Positions 32,735 through 43,683 of a stretch of 64,000 nucleotides of DNA are shown here, piece after piece. The DNA is from Alkalispirochaeta sp. (GTDB lineage Bacteria; Spirochaetota; Spirochaetia; DSM-27196; Alkalispirochaetaceae), in contig CBDESZ010000018.1 of NCBI GenBank assembly GCA_965242725.1, forward strand, positions 160,001 through 224,000, in the 5' to 3' direction. The position numbers and the translations under genes were made by a program. Under the pieces are notes generated by a model. It ran no database searches. It had not been told where the DNA came from and saw only the letters and a list, made by a program, of their open reading frames with translations. How positions within the stretch are numbered: the stretch's first letter is position 1; the number at the start of each line of letters is the position of its first letter.

Positions 32735-33267
32735 AAAAAGGCCTCGTCGTGGTTGCTGTGTTTGAATGAGACTTCATTTCTTCCGCTGTACTGAAAGAAT
32801 GCGTGGCGGAGGTCGCAGTTGATGAACTTCACCGTGGTGAGGCGGGCGTTAATGAAGCGGCTTCGTCGCAGCGAAGCGTCACTGAAGTCCGTTTCCTGGG
32901 CCTGAATGGCGTTGAAATTGCACTGATTCGCCGTTGCGGCGAAAAAGGAACAACCCCGCATCTTCGCACCGGCGAATACGGATTCAAATATGTATGCTTC
33001 CGTAAAGGTAGTATTTTCGACAACGGTGAAATCGGCAAAAATTCCTTCAAGGGTGGCGTTGTCGAAACGGCAGTTTTCAATTTGTGCGCCGGTCAGGCGG
33101 ATCCACCGCAAATGCCGGCCTGAAAAATCGAGGTCATGCAAATGGGCTCCTCTACAGTCCATATGCGCGAGCATTTCCGTTGTGTCGTTGAGCAGTGCCG
33201 CGATGACCTCGCGGTCCGCACGTTGAGAAAACACCTCTTCAGTGTACGTCCACGTCGTTGCTTGCAC
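32731..33267 (-). CDS. Pentapeptide-repeat protein
   Basis: Runs of A/C-x-F/L pentapeptides (AQIEN CRFDN ATLEG, TDFSD ASLRR SRFIN ARLTT). Confidence 0.85.
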   Translation of the reverse strand: MQATTWTYTEEVFSQRADREVIAALLNDTTEMLAHMDCRGAHLHDLDFSGRHLRWIRLTGAQIENCRFDNATLEGIFADFTVVENTTFTEAYIFESVFAGAKMRGCSFFAATANQCNFNAIQAQETDFSDASLRRSRFINARLTTVKFINCDLRHAFFQYSGRNEVSFKHSNHDEAFF

Positions 33268-33296
33268 AAGGCCATCGGCAAGGCTACAATCCTGCC

Positions 33297-33602
33297 ATGG
33301 CGGTATGCTACAATTGCGGCACTCCGATCACCGCGGAGATGCCGATCGGAAGATCCCTCGAATGCGACACGTGCCGGAGACCCGTCAGATGCTGCAGGAA
33401 TTGTCTCTTCTACCAGCCCGGGGCTCACTGGGATTGCCGGGAAAACATACCGGAAGCGGTCCATGACAAGGAGCGGGGCAATTTTTGCGACTATTTCCGA
33501 CCGAATAATCGTATCGAACCGGACCGGCCGACGGGTGGCACAAACGGCCGACCGGGAGGCGACTCCTCGGCGCGGAAGAAATTTGACGACCTCTTTTCAT
33601 GA
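33297..33602 (+). CDS. Small Cys-rich (zinc-ribbon-like) protein
   Basis: CYNC, CDTC, CCRNC, DCRE, NFCDYF; TTGCAC-17-TACAAT promoter upstream. Confidence 0.75.
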   Translation: MAVCYNCGTPITAEMPIGRSLECDTCRRPVRCCRNCLFYQPGAHWDCRENIPEAVHDKERGNFCDYFRPNNRIEPDRPTGGTNGRPGGDSSARKKFDDLFS

Positions 33603-33619
33603 TCCGGTAAGCTGCGACG

Positions 33620-34414
33620 ATGGTACTTTTCTTTGACTCCGGAATCGGCGGAGTATCCTACCTCCAGGAGTTTCAACGACGAACAAGCGATGCCCCGGTA
33701 CTCTACCTCGCCGACACAGCCTTTTTCCCATATGGAGATCGCCCGCCCGACGAAGTTCGCGGCAGGGTGGTATCGCTGATAACGGAAATGACCGAGCGCT
33801 TTCCACTGGATGCGGTCGTACTTGCGTGCAATACCGCGTCGGTAGTCGCCCTCGAAGCGACGCGGCGAGCCACGGAGATACCCATCATCGGTGTCGTCCC
33901 GGCGGTAAAGCCTGCGGCGACGAGGACAAGAACGCGTCATATCGCCGTTCTTGCGACAAATCGGACCGCCAACGATCCCTACACCGATGACCTGGTACGA
34001 CGATTTGCCGACTACTGCCGCGTCACCCGGCTTGGCCTGCCCCGGCTCGTAGAGGCGGCGGAGGCGAGTCTGTGCGGATCGTCGGACCCCTCGGTCCGTA
34101 CGGTGGTCGAGGAGGATATCGTCGGACGCCTCGACGCCGACGTTGACACAGTCGTGCTGGCGTGTACCCATTTTATCGGTATCCGCGACGAGATCGCGGC
34201 GGCACTTGGGCCTCAAAGGGAGGTCGTCGATTCCCTTGCCGGCGTGATACGACGACTCCTCTGGATACTTGAAGAGCGGAACATCACCCTCCGCGGAGAG
34301 TATTCACCACGCCCGCTCTTTCTCACGACCGCTCCCGTCATCGGGGATTTGTCGTGCCTTCCGTTTACCCCCGGCACCGTGGAATCGGGCTCCCTTCTGA
34401 TGCGCTATGAGTGA
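33620..34414 (+). CDS. murI: Glutamate racemase
   Basis: FDSGIGG, FPYG, ACNTAS, VPAVKPA, LACTHF. Confidence 0.95.
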   Translation: MVLFFDSGIGGVSYLQEFQRRTSDAPVLYLADTAFFPYGDRPPDEVRGRVVSLITEMTERFPLDAVVLACNTASVVALEATRRATEIPIIGVVPAVKPAATRTRTRHIAVLATNRTANDPYTDDLVRRFADYCRVTRLGLPRLVEAAEASLCGSSDPSVRTVVEEDIVGRLDADVDTVVLACTHFIGIRDEIAAALGPQREVVDSLAGVIRRLLWILEERNITLRGEYSPRPLFLTTAPVIGDLSCLPFTPGTVESGSLLMRYE

Positions 34415-35330
34415 CGTGACTGCGACAATTCTCTGGGGAGCAAACAATATATTCACCGCCCGCAGCTCAGACGGACGGGTTCTGGAGAATCTGCGGATCA
34501 AGGGTAAAATTCTCGGCGATACCGACGATGCGTACAATCCCCTCGCGCCTGGTGATATCGTCATTGTCGGCGGCGCCGAGGGCGAGGCCTATACGATTCA
34601 TCGTCGCCTTCCTCGAAAAAACGCCGTCACCCGATGGAACAGGAAGCGACGGGCATTGCAGACCGTCGCCGCCAACGTCGATCGCCTCTTTGTTGTGGCA
34701 AGCGCGCGCCACCCGCGATACCATCCCGGTTTTGTCGATCGAGTCCTCGTCATGGCGGAACTTGAAAATATTGAAGCGGCGATCATTATCAACAAATCGG
34801 ACTTGTCCCTTCACGATGACGCGTCCCGTCACATCGAGACGCTCTCCCGCCTGCACTATGAGATACTCCGTACGGTGGCCCATCCCGAGGAGCCCCGGGG
34901 CATCGAGACCGTTTTACGGACCCATCGCGATGGCACCGCCGTCTTTTTCGGCGAATCCGGGGTGGGCAAGTCGTCGTTGATCAACCTGCTCGCGCCGGGG
35001 GCGGCGCTGGAAACGGGGGAGGTCTCCTTTCGATATGATCGCGGACGACACACCACAACTCTTGCCCGCCATATCGGCGCGGGAAATCGGGTCTATGTGG
35101 ATACGCCGGGAGTGCGTCACTTCCCCCTTGACCAATACGTGCCCACGGAAATTGCCGCGGGATTCCGGGAGTTCCGACCGGGCATAGAGAAATGCCGGAT
35201 GCCGAGCTGCACCCATATACATGAACCGGGATGTGCAGTCCGGGAAGCCCTCAATCGGGGCGAGATTTCAGAATTGCGCTATGAGTCGTATTGCAGAATC
35301 GTCGATGAGACGAGGGAGTTGATTCCATGA
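34407..35330 (+). CDS. rsgA: Ribosome small-subunit-dependent GTPase A
   Basis: Circularly permuted GTPase NKSD, GESGVGKSS, GRHTTT, DTPG; C-terminal CRMPSCTHIHEPGC zinc site. Confidence 0.95.
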   Translation: MSDVTATILWGANNIFTARSSDGRVLENLRIKGKILGDTDDAYNPLAPGDIVIVGGAEGEAYTIHRRLPRKNAVTRWNRKRRALQTVAANVDRLFVVASARHPRYHPGFVDRVLVMAELENIEAAIIINKSDLSLHDDASRHIETLSRLHYEILRTVAHPEEPRGIETVLRTHRDGTAVFFGESGVGKSSLINLLAPGAALETGEVSFRYDRGRHTTTLARHIGAGNRVYVDTPGVRHFPLDQYVPTEIAAGFREFRPGIEKCRMPSCTHIHEPGCAVREALNRGEISELRYESYCRIVDETRELIP

Positions 35331-37684
35331 CGTCGCTGGAGGTGCTTGAGTTTTCACGGGTAGCGGCGGGAATCGCCGCATATGCGATGACGGAAGACGG
35401 ACGGGAGCTTGTCTCAAGCCTCACGCCCCTCTCGGATCGGGATGAGCTGACCCGGGAAAAAGGGTATGTCCGAAAGGTTCTCGCCATGCTTGAGCGGGGA
35501 ATACCCGCGCCGACGGGAGAAGTCCTTCCACTGGAAGGACTCTTCGACGCGGTGGAGCGGGAGGGAGCGGACCTGGATGGAGAATCGCTCCTTGAAATAC
35601 GCAGGTTTCTGGACTACGCCGCCAGCGTCATCGGATTTGTCGGAGGAGATGAGGATGAGCTTCTGCGCCCGCTCCATGACGATGTCGCCGTTCCGAAGGA
35701 ACTTCACCGGGAACTCACCCGGCTCATTACGCCTGATGGGAGCGTCAATGAAGACGCGATACCTGAGATTCGCCGGTACAAAGAAGAATTAGCGCGCATT
35801 ACCCAGACGCTCATCCGTCGTGCGGAAGGTCTCATCAGAGAGGCGCCGACGATGTATCACGGGGACCAGCCCACCGTACGTGACGGCAGAACGGTGATTC
35901 CCCTGGCGGCGAACTTCAAGGGAAGAATCGACGGAATCGTCCACGAGTCGTCGGGAAGCGGAGAAACGTTGTTTGTGGAACCCAGGGACCTTGTCGACCT
36001 GAACAACGAACTCACCCAGACGTCGTATGCAGTGCACCGGGAAATACGGCGTGTCCTGACCCGCCTCAGCGGCGTCGTCCGTTCGCTGCTACCCGAACTG
36101 CGCGATCTCTATGGGAGGGTGGTTCGGATCGATACGATCGTCGCCCGCGCACGGTGGGGATATGACAACGACGGGTCCCTCGTGGAGATCGGGACCAATC
36201 TCGACCTCCGCAATGGTCGTCATCCCCTGCTGGGACGATCATGTGTGCCTCTTTCCATACAATTTGATGAAGATGTACGCCTTCTCGTCATCAGCGGGCC
36301 GAACACCGGGGGAAAGACGGTGCTCATTAAGACGATCGGATTACTCACCGTCCTCCATCAGTGCGCCGTCCCGATTCCCGCCGATCCCGACAGCACCTTG
36401 CCCCTCTATACCCATTGGGGAGTCGACATCGGTGATGAGCAGTCAATCGACGAGCATCTGTCTACTTTTTCCGCCCATATGCGAAGAATCGCACAGATCG
36501 TCAATGAAGCGGGACCGGCGAGTCTCGTACTTCTCGATGAGCTGGGAACGGGAACCGACCCCGACGAAGGAGGGGCGCTCTCCCTTGCCATCGTTGATGA
36601 ACTTGTGGCACGGGGCAGCACCGTCCTCGTCAGCACCCATCAGACGGTGCTGAAACATTACGGCTATTCCCGGGCGGCGGCGCGAAATGTCTCAATGGAT
36701 TTTGACCAGACAACCCACCGGCCAACATACAGAATCGTTCCAGGCCGTCCCGGATCGAGTCACGCCATAGATACCGCCGCTGAACAGGGGCTTGATCGCG
36801 GCATCATAACGGCGGCGCGGGATTACGCCTCCGACCGCCACAACAACGTTGCAGAAATTATCGCACGATTACTCGAACAGGAAGAACATCTGCGATCGGC
36901 ACGGGAAGAGGTGGAAAATGAACGCCGTGCCATGGAGAGACGGTACACCGAGGTACGGACCAGAGAAGAAGAGCTGAATGAGCGGGAACGGGAAATCAGA
37001 CAGGGCTATATCCGGGAGCTTGACGTCGTCATCAGGGAGTCCCGCAAGGCGGTGGAAGGAGAGATCAGGAACATCCGGGAACGCGGGGACTCGTTGGAAA
37101 AAGAAACGATCAGGAGCGCCCACGATCAGATTCGTGACCTGGAGTCGCTGAGAGAGGAACTGTCTGAAGGCGTCCGGGAAAGCGAGGGCGCACAGACAGC
37201 CTCGAATAACGACGACTCCTCTCCCGGGATTCTTCAGCCGGGAACGGCGGTGACCCACGTCCGTACGGGGAAGGAAGGCGTCGTTAAATCGGTAGAAGGC
37301 GCCGGGAAAAAAAGAAAAGTCCTTGTCCAGTTTGGCGCGCTCCGCATGACCTTGTCGCCCGCCGACCTGAGGAGGTCACGGACCGAACAGCGACCCGTGC
37401 GTTATCAGACCCAGATCGGCAGGAGCAGCGCCGTCCTGGAACTTGATATTCGGGGAATGCGCCTGCGGGAAGCGCTGGCGATGTTGGAGACACAGGTTGA
37501 CGGCGCCGTTCTCTCCGGGCTCAGACACTTTTCGATCATTCACGGTACCGGTACGGGAGTTCTGCAGAAAGGAGTTCACGACTACCTCAAGGGTCGCAGC
37601 GAAGTCACCTCCTATTCCTTTGCGCGACCCGAAGAGGGCGGATTCGGAAAGACCACTGTTGAGCTTTCCTCGGCAAGCAGATAG
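35327..37684 (+). CDS. mutS2: MutS2 (ATPase with C-terminal Smr domain)
   Basis: SGSGETLFVEP, GPNTGGKT, DIGDEQSI, LSTFSAHM, LDELGTGTDP; Smr LDIRGM..IIHGTGTG. Confidence 0.95.
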   Translation: MTSLEVLEFSRVAAGIAAYAMTEDGRELVSSLTPLSDRDELTREKGYVRKVLAMLERGIPAPTGEVLPLEGLFDAVEREGADLDGESLLEIRRFLDYAASVIGFVGGDEDELLRPLHDDVAVPKELHRELTRLITPDGSVNEDAIPEIRRYKEELARITQTLIRRAEGLIREAPTMYHGDQPTVRDGRTVIPLAANFKGRIDGIVHESSGSGETLFVEPRDLVDLNNELTQTSYAVHREIRRVLTRLSGVVRSLLPELRDLYGRVVRIDTIVARARWGYDNDGSLVEIGTNLDLRNGRHPLLGRSCVPLSIQFDEDVRLLVISGPNTGGKTVLIKTIGLLTVLHQCAVPIPADPDSTLPLYTHWGVDIGDEQSIDEHLSTFSAHMRRIAQIVNEAGPASLVLLDELGTGTDPDEGGALSLAIVDELVARGSTVLVSTHQTVLKHYGYSRAAARNVSMDFDQTTHRPTYRIVPGRPGSSHAIDTAAEQGLDRGIITAARDYASDRHNNVAEIIARLLEQEEHLRSAREEVENERRAMERRYTEVRTREEELNEREREIRQGYIRELDVVIRESRKAVEGEIRNIRERGDSLEKETIRSAHDQIRDLESLREELSEGVRESEGAQTASNNDDSSPGILQPGTAVTHVRTGKEGVVKSVEGAGKKRKVLVQFGALRMTLSPADLRRSRTEQRPVRYQTQIGRSSAVLELDIRGMRLREALAMLETQVDGAVLSGLRHFSIIHGTGTGVLQKGVHDYLKGRSEVTSYSFARPEEGGFGKTTVELSSASR

Positions 37685-37693
37685 GATCGGGGC

Positions 37694-38326
37694 GTGCACA
37701 AAACGATACGAATACTCATACTCGTCGCGGTGACGGTCACATTTTCCTCCTGTCTTTCCATGGATGTGGAGGTGGATGTGAGAAACCGGAACGACATGCG
37801 ACTCAACATGGAATACCGCATACCCCTTGAAATCTGGGAACTTGGTGTATTTGACGGCGACAGCGCGGAACGGGCGATTCCCGTTTCCCGTCGCGATGCC
37901 GAAGAAACTGCGACACTTCATCCCGATGTCAGGCTGGTAACATACAATCTGGAAGAACGTGAAGCCCTTGTCATTGTCACCGTCGCATATTCCGCGACCT
38001 CCGTTGACGGTCTGCGCAGTCTATGGGGAACGGTGTCGGACCGGCCGCTGGAACTTTCATTTTCAGACCGATCCCTTTCAATTCCTCTTTCCCCCGGCTT
38101 TGAAGGCGTCCAGGTGGACCGGGATCAGCGGGATCTGGTGGAACTGCTTTTTTCGGAGCAGACGTTCCGTGTAGCCGCCAGGCTTCCTGCAGATGCGACG
38201 GACCGGCGTGTTCCCGGGATACCGGGGGGACGTCTTCAATCGGACGACGGGTTGGTTGAATGGATCGTACCGATGGGGGGACTGGTACTTACCGATGTTC
38301 CCGCGGCAATCGAGGTTACGTGGTAA
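37694..38326 (+). CDS. Lipoprotein of unknown function
   Basis: Signal peptide with spirochaete-style lipobox FSSC. Confidence 0.7.
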   Translation: MHKTIRILILVAVTVTFSSCLSMDVEVDVRNRNDMRLNMEYRIPLEIWELGVFDGDSAERAIPVSRRDAEETATLHPDVRLVTYNLEEREALVIVTVAYSATSVDGLRSLWGTVSDRPLELSFSDRSLSIPLSPGFEGVQVDRDQRDLVELLFSEQTFRVAARLPADATDRRVPGIPGGRLQSDDGLVEWIVPMGGLVLTDVPAAIEVTW

Positions 38327-38339
38327 AGGGTACGTCGGT

Positions 38340-38741
38340 ATGCGTGGACGGGAAGTAGAGGAATTTGAAAAGAAACTGAAACGCCTCTTTGACCAGCTTG
38401 ATGACGAACTGGAGGACCGCTGGGGCGGCACCTATCCCCTTCATCCCGCCCGACCGCCCCGGGGAAAGGCGACCAACAAGGAATTGGACGGACTCTTCAA
38501 TATCGGGGCGTCATTCAGCGCGGGATACGGCAGTGAATACGGACGGGGTTATGTCGTTGAGGTACGCCTGGTCACGCTGCGCTCCATTTCCGAAACTGTA
38601 TGGGACGAAATCCGTGAATATTGCGGCCGACGCATTCCAGAGCTCCTGGACCGGCACTTCCCGGATCGGGACCTCTCCCTCGTACAGGAAGGAAATACAT
38701 TCAAGATCGTAGGCGACCTCTCCCTCTCTTCGGAGTCGTAA
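38340..38741 (+). CDS. Conserved hypothetical protein
   Basis: ORF in operonic position with a motif-like core YPLHPARP..DGLFNIGASFSAGYGSEYGRGYVV. Confidence 0.7.
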   Translation: MRGREVEEFEKKLKRLFDQLDDELEDRWGGTYPLHPARPPRGKATNKELDGLFNIGASFSAGYGSEYGRGYVVEVRLVTLRSISETVWDEIREYCGRRIPELLDRHFPDRDLSLVQEGNTFKIVGDLSLSSES

Positions 38742-38760
38742 AAAACTTAACGAATGACCC

Positions 38761-38789
38761 TTGTCCCGCCTTTCCGTTGACGATAGTAT
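38761..38789 (+). promoter_or_regulatory. Putative sigma70 promoter of the V-ATPase operon
   Basis: TTGTCC, 17 nt, TAGTAT; AAGGA RBS before ATG 38822. Confidence 0.5.
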
Positions 38790-38821
38790 GGGTCAAGCGA
38801 CTCAAATGAAAAGGACTATCC

Positions 38822-39433
38822 ATGGATACGCAACTGCAAGATATTATCCAGAAAATTCACGATGAAGGCGTCCAGGAAGCGGAAGCCCGGGCAAAAAAAA
38901 TCATTGAAGCTGCGGAAAAGAACGCCAAAGAGCGGATCGATCGGGCCAAAAATGAAGCCGAGCAGATAAAGAAGGACGCCGAGAAGGAAGCCGAAAAGGC
39001 TCAGGCCGCAGGCGAAGCGGCGCTGAAACAGGCGTCACGGGATCTGTTGCTATCGGTGCGCAAAGAACTCACCAGCCTTTTTGATTCGGTTCAAAAGGAA
39101 GCGGTGGGTGAAGCCCTTACCGCCCAACGGATGGGTGAAATAATCTCCTCCCTCGTCGCCGCTTGGGTGAAAGACGGGACGACCCGCGTGGAAGTCCTGG
39201 TAGGCGAAGATGACCGGGACGCCCTGGAAAACGAGTTGAAGAAGCGCCTCTCCGGCAAACTCAATGCAGGGTATGAGGTCAGACCGGTTCGTGGAATTTC
39301 AGCGGGATTCCGTATTTCCACCGGCGATTCCGGCGCGTACTACGATTTCACCGATGAATCGATATCGGAGCTTCTGGCGGCGTACCTCAATCCCCGTCTC
39401 GCCGCGGTCATGCAAAAGGCGACAAAGGAATAG
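38822..39433 (+). CDS. ntpE: V/A-type ATPase subunit E
   Basis: Coiled-coil N-terminus, GFRIS..YYDFTDESI..YLNPRL; first gene of the operon. Confidence 0.9.
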   Translation: MDTQLQDIIQKIHDEGVQEAEARAKKIIEAAEKNAKERIDRAKNEAEQIKKDAEKEAEKAQAAGEAALKQASRDLLLSVRKELTSLFDSVQKEAVGEALTAQRMGEIISSLVAAWVKDGTTRVEVLVGEDDRDALENELKKRLSGKLNAGYEVRPVRGISAGFRISTGDSGAYYDFTDESISELLAAYLNPRLAAVMQKATKE

Positions 39434-39442
39434 GGTGCGCCC

Positions 39443-40012
39443 GTGGCCCAGTACTATTATACCGTTGCATCTTTACCGGCGCTGCGTTTTGAGGAGCTTC
39501 CCTTCCTGTCGCAAGAGGAGTTTCTCGACTATTGCCGAATCGAGGTAACACCGGAAGATCTTGCCCGTATAGAAGACGCACGGATCTGGTACGACGACGT
39601 CGTGCCGACGAAGCCTCTCTCACGGAGCAATGGTGTCTTACAGGAGTGGGTCGCCGGACTTCAGGAGCTGCAACGTCAAGGCGCGCTCATTCGTGCCCAG
39701 GCACTGGGTCGGGATACCGACCGCATTCCCCGTCCGGACGTCACCGATGCGGGGCTGCCCGAGCGACTTCGCCAGATATTAAATGAAGAAAACCCGTTAA
39801 AGACGGAAAATGCCCTTCTTCGACTGCTGTGGCAGCGCGCCGATGCATTGGAGACGGGACACCACTTCGATTGTGAAAAACTCATTGTGTACCACCTCAA
39901 ATTACAGATCGCCGCCCGCCGGGGAAGACTCCATGATACCGATGCGGGAAGTACGGAATTTGATCGCCAGTATGAAGTGGTTGCACAATCCCTGATGGAG
40001 ATTGCTACATGA
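39443..40012 (+). CDS. V/A-type ATPase-associated protein (DUF2764 / subunit C-like)
   Basis: YYYTVASLPAL N-terminus, HHFDCEKLIVYHLKLQI; position between E and A. Confidence 0.8.
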   Translation: MAQYYYTVASLPALRFEELPFLSQEEFLDYCRIEVTPEDLARIEDARIWYDDVVPTKPLSRSNGVLQEWVAGLQELQRQGALIRAQALGRDTDRIPRPDVTDAGLPERLRQILNEENPLKTENALLRLLWQRADALETGHHFDCEKLIVYHLKLQIAARRGRLHDTDAGSTEFDRQYEVVAQSLMEIAT

Positions 40013-41781
40013 CAAACGGAAAAGTTGTCGCAATCAACGGTAACATGGTGAGTGTTGCCGTAGAAGGCGACGTTTCGATGAACGAGGTCGGATATATACT
40101 CGTCGAAGACAAGCGACTGAAGTCTGAGGTCATTCGTATACGGGGCAGCCAGGTGGAGCTGCAGGTTTTCGAGGATACCAAAGGTGTCACCATCGGCGAC
40201 CGGTGCGAGTTCACCCAGGAGATGCTTGCCGTCGAACTCGGTCCCGGACTGCTGTCGACGGTCTGCGACGGCCTGCAGAATCCGTTGCCCGAGTTGGCGG
40301 AACAGTCGGGTTTCTTCCTCCAGCGGGGATTGTACCTCCGCGCCCTGGACCGGACGCAAAAATGGGCTTTCACCCCCTCCGTTACCGTCGGAGATTCCGT
40401 CGAGGCCGGTGACCAGCTGGGAACCGTTCCTGAGGGAATCTTCAAGCACCGGATCATGGTTCCATTCAACTTCCAGGGAAGCTATAAAGTCATCTCCGTG
40501 GCGAATGCGGGAGACTACACGGTCGATGAAAAGGTGGCGGTCCTTGAAGATGAGGACGGCGGACGTCATGAGGTCACCATGGTATTTGAATGGCCCGTCA
40601 AGCGTGCCATCGACGTTTTTGCCGAGCGTATGCGTCCGGTTGAACCGATGGTCACCAAGGTTCGCCTCATAGATACCTTTTTACCCGTAGCACGGGGCGG
40701 GACGTATTGTATTCCCGGTCCCTTTGGTGCCGGAAAGACGGTGCTGCAGCAGATTACGAGCCGTAACGCCGAGGTTGACATCGTCATTATCGCCGCCTGC
40801 GGTGAACGCGCCGGTGAGGTTGTTGAAACGCTGCGGGAGTTCCCGGAACTGACCGATCCCCGGACGGGCAAGTCCCTGATGGAGCGTACCGTCATTATCT
40901 GTAACACCAGTTCCATGCCCGTCGCGGCCCGTGAAGCGTCGGTGTATACGGCGGTTACCATCGCCGAGTACTACCGCCAGATGGGTCTCAACGTGCTCAT
41001 GCTCGCCGACTCCACCAGCCGGTGGGCCCAGGCGATGCGTGAAATGAGCGGTCGTCTTGAAGAGATTCCCGGTGAAGAGGCTTTTCCGGCCTACCTCGAA
41101 TCGGTCATTGCCGCCTTTTACGAGCGCGCCGGTGTGGTCAGGTTGAAGAACGGCGAAACCGGATCGGTCACCATCGGAGGTACCGTAAGTCCCGCCGGCG
41201 GAAACTTTGAGGAGCCGGTAACCCAGGCGACACTGAAGGTCGTCGGAGCCTTTCACGGGCTCTCCCGGGCACGGTCGGACGCGCGGAAATACCCCGCCAT
41301 CGATCCAATGGACAGCTGGAGCAAGTATCCCGGTCTCGTCGATGAACAGCTGACCGAGTATTCCCGGGACGTCCTCTTTCGGGGCGACGAAGTCGGCCAG
41401 ATGATGAAGGTCGTCGGTGAAGAGGGAACCGCCCTCGAAGACTACATCCTCTATCTGAAGAGTGAATTCCTCGACGCCGTCTATCTTCAGCAGAACGCCT
41501 TTGACCCCGTCGACGCGGCCGTCGGCGTGGATCGGCAGCGACACGTCTTCGACCTGCTCTTCCGGATCGTCGGCTCCACGCTGAAACTTGACAGCAAGGA
41601 AAGCGCGCGGACGTACTTTTATCAGCTGCGCCAGAAATTTATTGACTATAACAGCGCCGAGTGGGACTCCGAAGATTTTGCCGCCTTGGAAAAAGAGATC
41701 GTGGAAATGCTCGATTCAGTCTCGGACGGTCTGGAGCCCAACGCGGAAGAAGCGTACAGCAAGCGGGGGAACAATGCGTAA
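40009..41781 (+). CDS. ntpA: V/A-type ATPase subunit A
   Basis: [47 protein letters not shown]. Confidence 0.97.
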   Translation: MTNGKVVAINGNMVSVAVEGDVSMNEVGYILVEDKRLKSEVIRIRGSQVELQVFEDTKGVTIGDRCEFTQEMLAVELGPGLLSTVCDGLQNPLPELAEQSGFFLQRGLYLRALDRTQKWAFTPSVTVGDSVEAGDQLGTVPEGIFKHRIMVPFNFQGSYKVISVANAGDYTVDEKVAVLEDEDGGRHEVTMVFEWPVKRAIDVFAERMRPVEPMVTKVRLIDTFLPVARGGTYCIPGPFGAGKTVLQQITSRNAEVDIVIIAACGERAGEVVETLREFPELTDPRTGKSLMERTVIICNTSSMPVAAREASVYTAVTIAEYYRQMGLNVLMLADSTSRWAQAMREMSGRLEEIPGEEAFPAYLESVIAAFYERAGVVRLKNGETGSVTIGGTVSPAGGNFEEPVTQATLKVVGAFHGLSRARSDARKYPAIDPMDSWSKYPGLVDEQLTEYSRDVLFRGDEVGQMMKVVGEEGTALEDYILYLKSEFLDAVYLQQNAFDPVDAAVGVDRQRHVFDLLFRIVGSTLKLDSKESARTYFYQLRQKFIDYNSAEWDSEDFAALEKEIVEMLDSVSDGLEPNAEEAYSKRGNNA

Positions 41782-43090
41782 GGTATATAGCCGAATCGAA
41801 TCGATCGTCGGAAACGTCATTAACGTCAGGGCTGAGGGAGTCCGCTACGGAGAGCTCGCCGTCGTTTCCACAAGATACGGAGAGTCTCTGGCGGAAGTCA
41901 TCAGGATGCGCGGCGACGACGTGAGCCTGCAGGTCTACGCCGGCGGCCGCGGTATTTCTACAGGGGACGAGGTCCGATTCATGGGCCACCCCATGCAGGT
42001 ATCCTTTTCGGACAATCTCATGGGACGGATCTTTGACGGCTCGGGACAGCCCCGGGACAATGGCCCGCAACTGACGGAAAACCTCATTGAAATTGGAGGT
42101 CCCTCCGTCAATCCGGCCAAGCGGATCATTCCGCGCAACATGATCCGCACCGGTATTCCCATGATCGACCTCTTCAACACCCTCGTGGAGAGTCAGAAGC
42201 TTCCGATCTTCAGCGTCTCCGGTGAGCCCTACAATCCGCTTCTTGCGCGTATAGCCATGCAGGCGGAGGTGGATATCATCATTCTCGGAGGTATCGGTCT
42301 CAAACACGACGACTACCTCTACTTCAAGGACACCCTTGAAAACGGCGGCGCCCTGAGTCGGACCATCATGTTTGTCCACACCGCCAGTGATCCGGTGGTT
42401 GAAGCGCTGCTCGTACCGGACATCAGCCTCGCCGTGGCGGAGAAATTCGCTCTCAACGGGAAACGCGTCCTCGTGCTCCTGACGGACATGACGAACTTCG
42501 CCGACGCGATGAAGGAAATTGCGATCACCCAGGAACAGGTACCCTCCAATCGGGGCTATCCCGGCGACCTCTACAGCCAGCTTGCCGCTCGGTATGAAAA
42601 GGCGGTCGACTTTGAAGGTGCCGGTTCCATTACCATCCTCGGGGTAACGACGATGCCAGGCGACGACGTCACCCATCCCGTACCGGACAATACGGGATAT
42701 ATCACGGAGGGACAGTACTACCTCCGCAACGGACGCATCGAGCCTTTCGGCTCCCTCTCGCGACTGAAACAGCAGGTAAACGACAAGACGCGGGAAGACC
42801 ATCGCGCCGTCATGGACGGTATGATCAAGCTCTATGCAAATTACAAGGAAAGCCAGGAAAAGAAGTCCATGGGATTCCGGATGAGTGACTGGGACGACAA
42901 GCTTCTCAAATACGGTGAGCAGTTCGAACGGCTCATGATGGACCTCTCGGTAAATATCCCCCTTGAAGAGGCTCTCGACCGGGGATGGAGGATTATGGCC
43001 GACTGTTTTCAGCCCCAGGAAACGGGTCTCAAGACGGAGCTGATCAAGAACTTCTGGCCACAGACACAAGGTGAGGAGGCTTCGGCCTGA
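41774..43090 (+). CDS. ntpB: V/A-type ATPase subunit B
   Basis: [42 protein letters not shown]. Confidence 0.97.
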   Translation: MRKVYSRIESIVGNVINVRAEGVRYGELAVVSTRYGESLAEVIRMRGDDVSLQVYAGGRGISTGDEVRFMGHPMQVSFSDNLMGRIFDGSGQPRDNGPQLTENLIEIGGPSVNPAKRIIPRNMIRTGIPMIDLFNTLVESQKLPIFSVSGEPYNPLLARIAMQAEVDIIILGGIGLKHDDYLYFKDTLENGGALSRTIMFVHTASDPVVEALLVPDISLAVAEKFALNGKRVLVLLTDMTNFADAMKEIAITQEQVPSNRGYPGDLYSQLAARYEKAVDFEGAGSITILGVTTMPGDDVTHPVPDNTGYITEGQYYLRNGRIEPFGSLSRLKQQVNDKTREDHRAVMDGMIKLYANYKESQEKKSMGFRMSDWDDKLLKYGEQFERLMMDLSVNIPLEEALDRGWRIMADCFQPQETGLKTELIKNFWPQTQGEEASA

Positions 43091-43683
43091 TGGTCAAGCT
43101 GACCAAGAACGAGCTCAAGAAACAAAAGGACGCCCTCAAGCGCTTTCAGCGCTATTTGCCGACGCTGCAGTTGAAAAAGCAGCAGCTGCAAATGGTGATT
43201 CGCCAGGTGGAGCAGGAATATGATGCGCTCCGCCGGGAGAAAGAGAAGCTCCGGAAGGACCTTCGGGAATGGATCGGCGTATTCAACGACGGAATCGACC
43301 TGACTCCCTACGCGGAAGTGGAAAAGATCGACTCCTCCGTGGGGAATATCGCCGGTATCGACATTCCCGTATTTGAGGGACTTTCCTTCGTCGATCGGCC
43401 GTGGGACCTCGTCTCGCTGCCGCCGTGGGTTGATGGAGGTATCAAGGCGCTCCGTTCCGTTCTTGAACTTGACGCACAGCTCAAGGTGCTGGCTGAGCAG
43501 TTGCGGCTCCTCGGTGAGGAACTGCGCACCACCACCCAGCGGGTGAATCTTTTTGAGAAGGTGAAAATTCCGGAAACGCGGGAAAACATCCGTATGATCC
43601 GCATATACCTGGGCGATCAGCAGACGGCGGCGGTCGTTCGCGGAAAGATCGCCAAACGGAACCTGACAAAGGTGTCGTCATGA
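43090..43683 (+). CDS. ntpD: V/A-type ATPase subunit D
   Basis: LTKNELK, LPTLQLKKQQL, TTQRVNLFEKVKIP. Confidence 0.95.
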   Translation: MVKLTKNELKKQKDALKRFQRYLPTLQLKKQQLQMVIRQVEQEYDALRREKEKLRKDLREWIGVFNDGIDLTPYAEVEKIDSSVGNIAGIDIPVFEGLSFVDRPWDLVSLPPWVDGGIKALRSVLELDAQLKVLAEQLRLLGEELRTTTQRVNLFEKVKIPETRENIRMIRIYLGDQQTAAVVRGKIAKRNLTKVSS

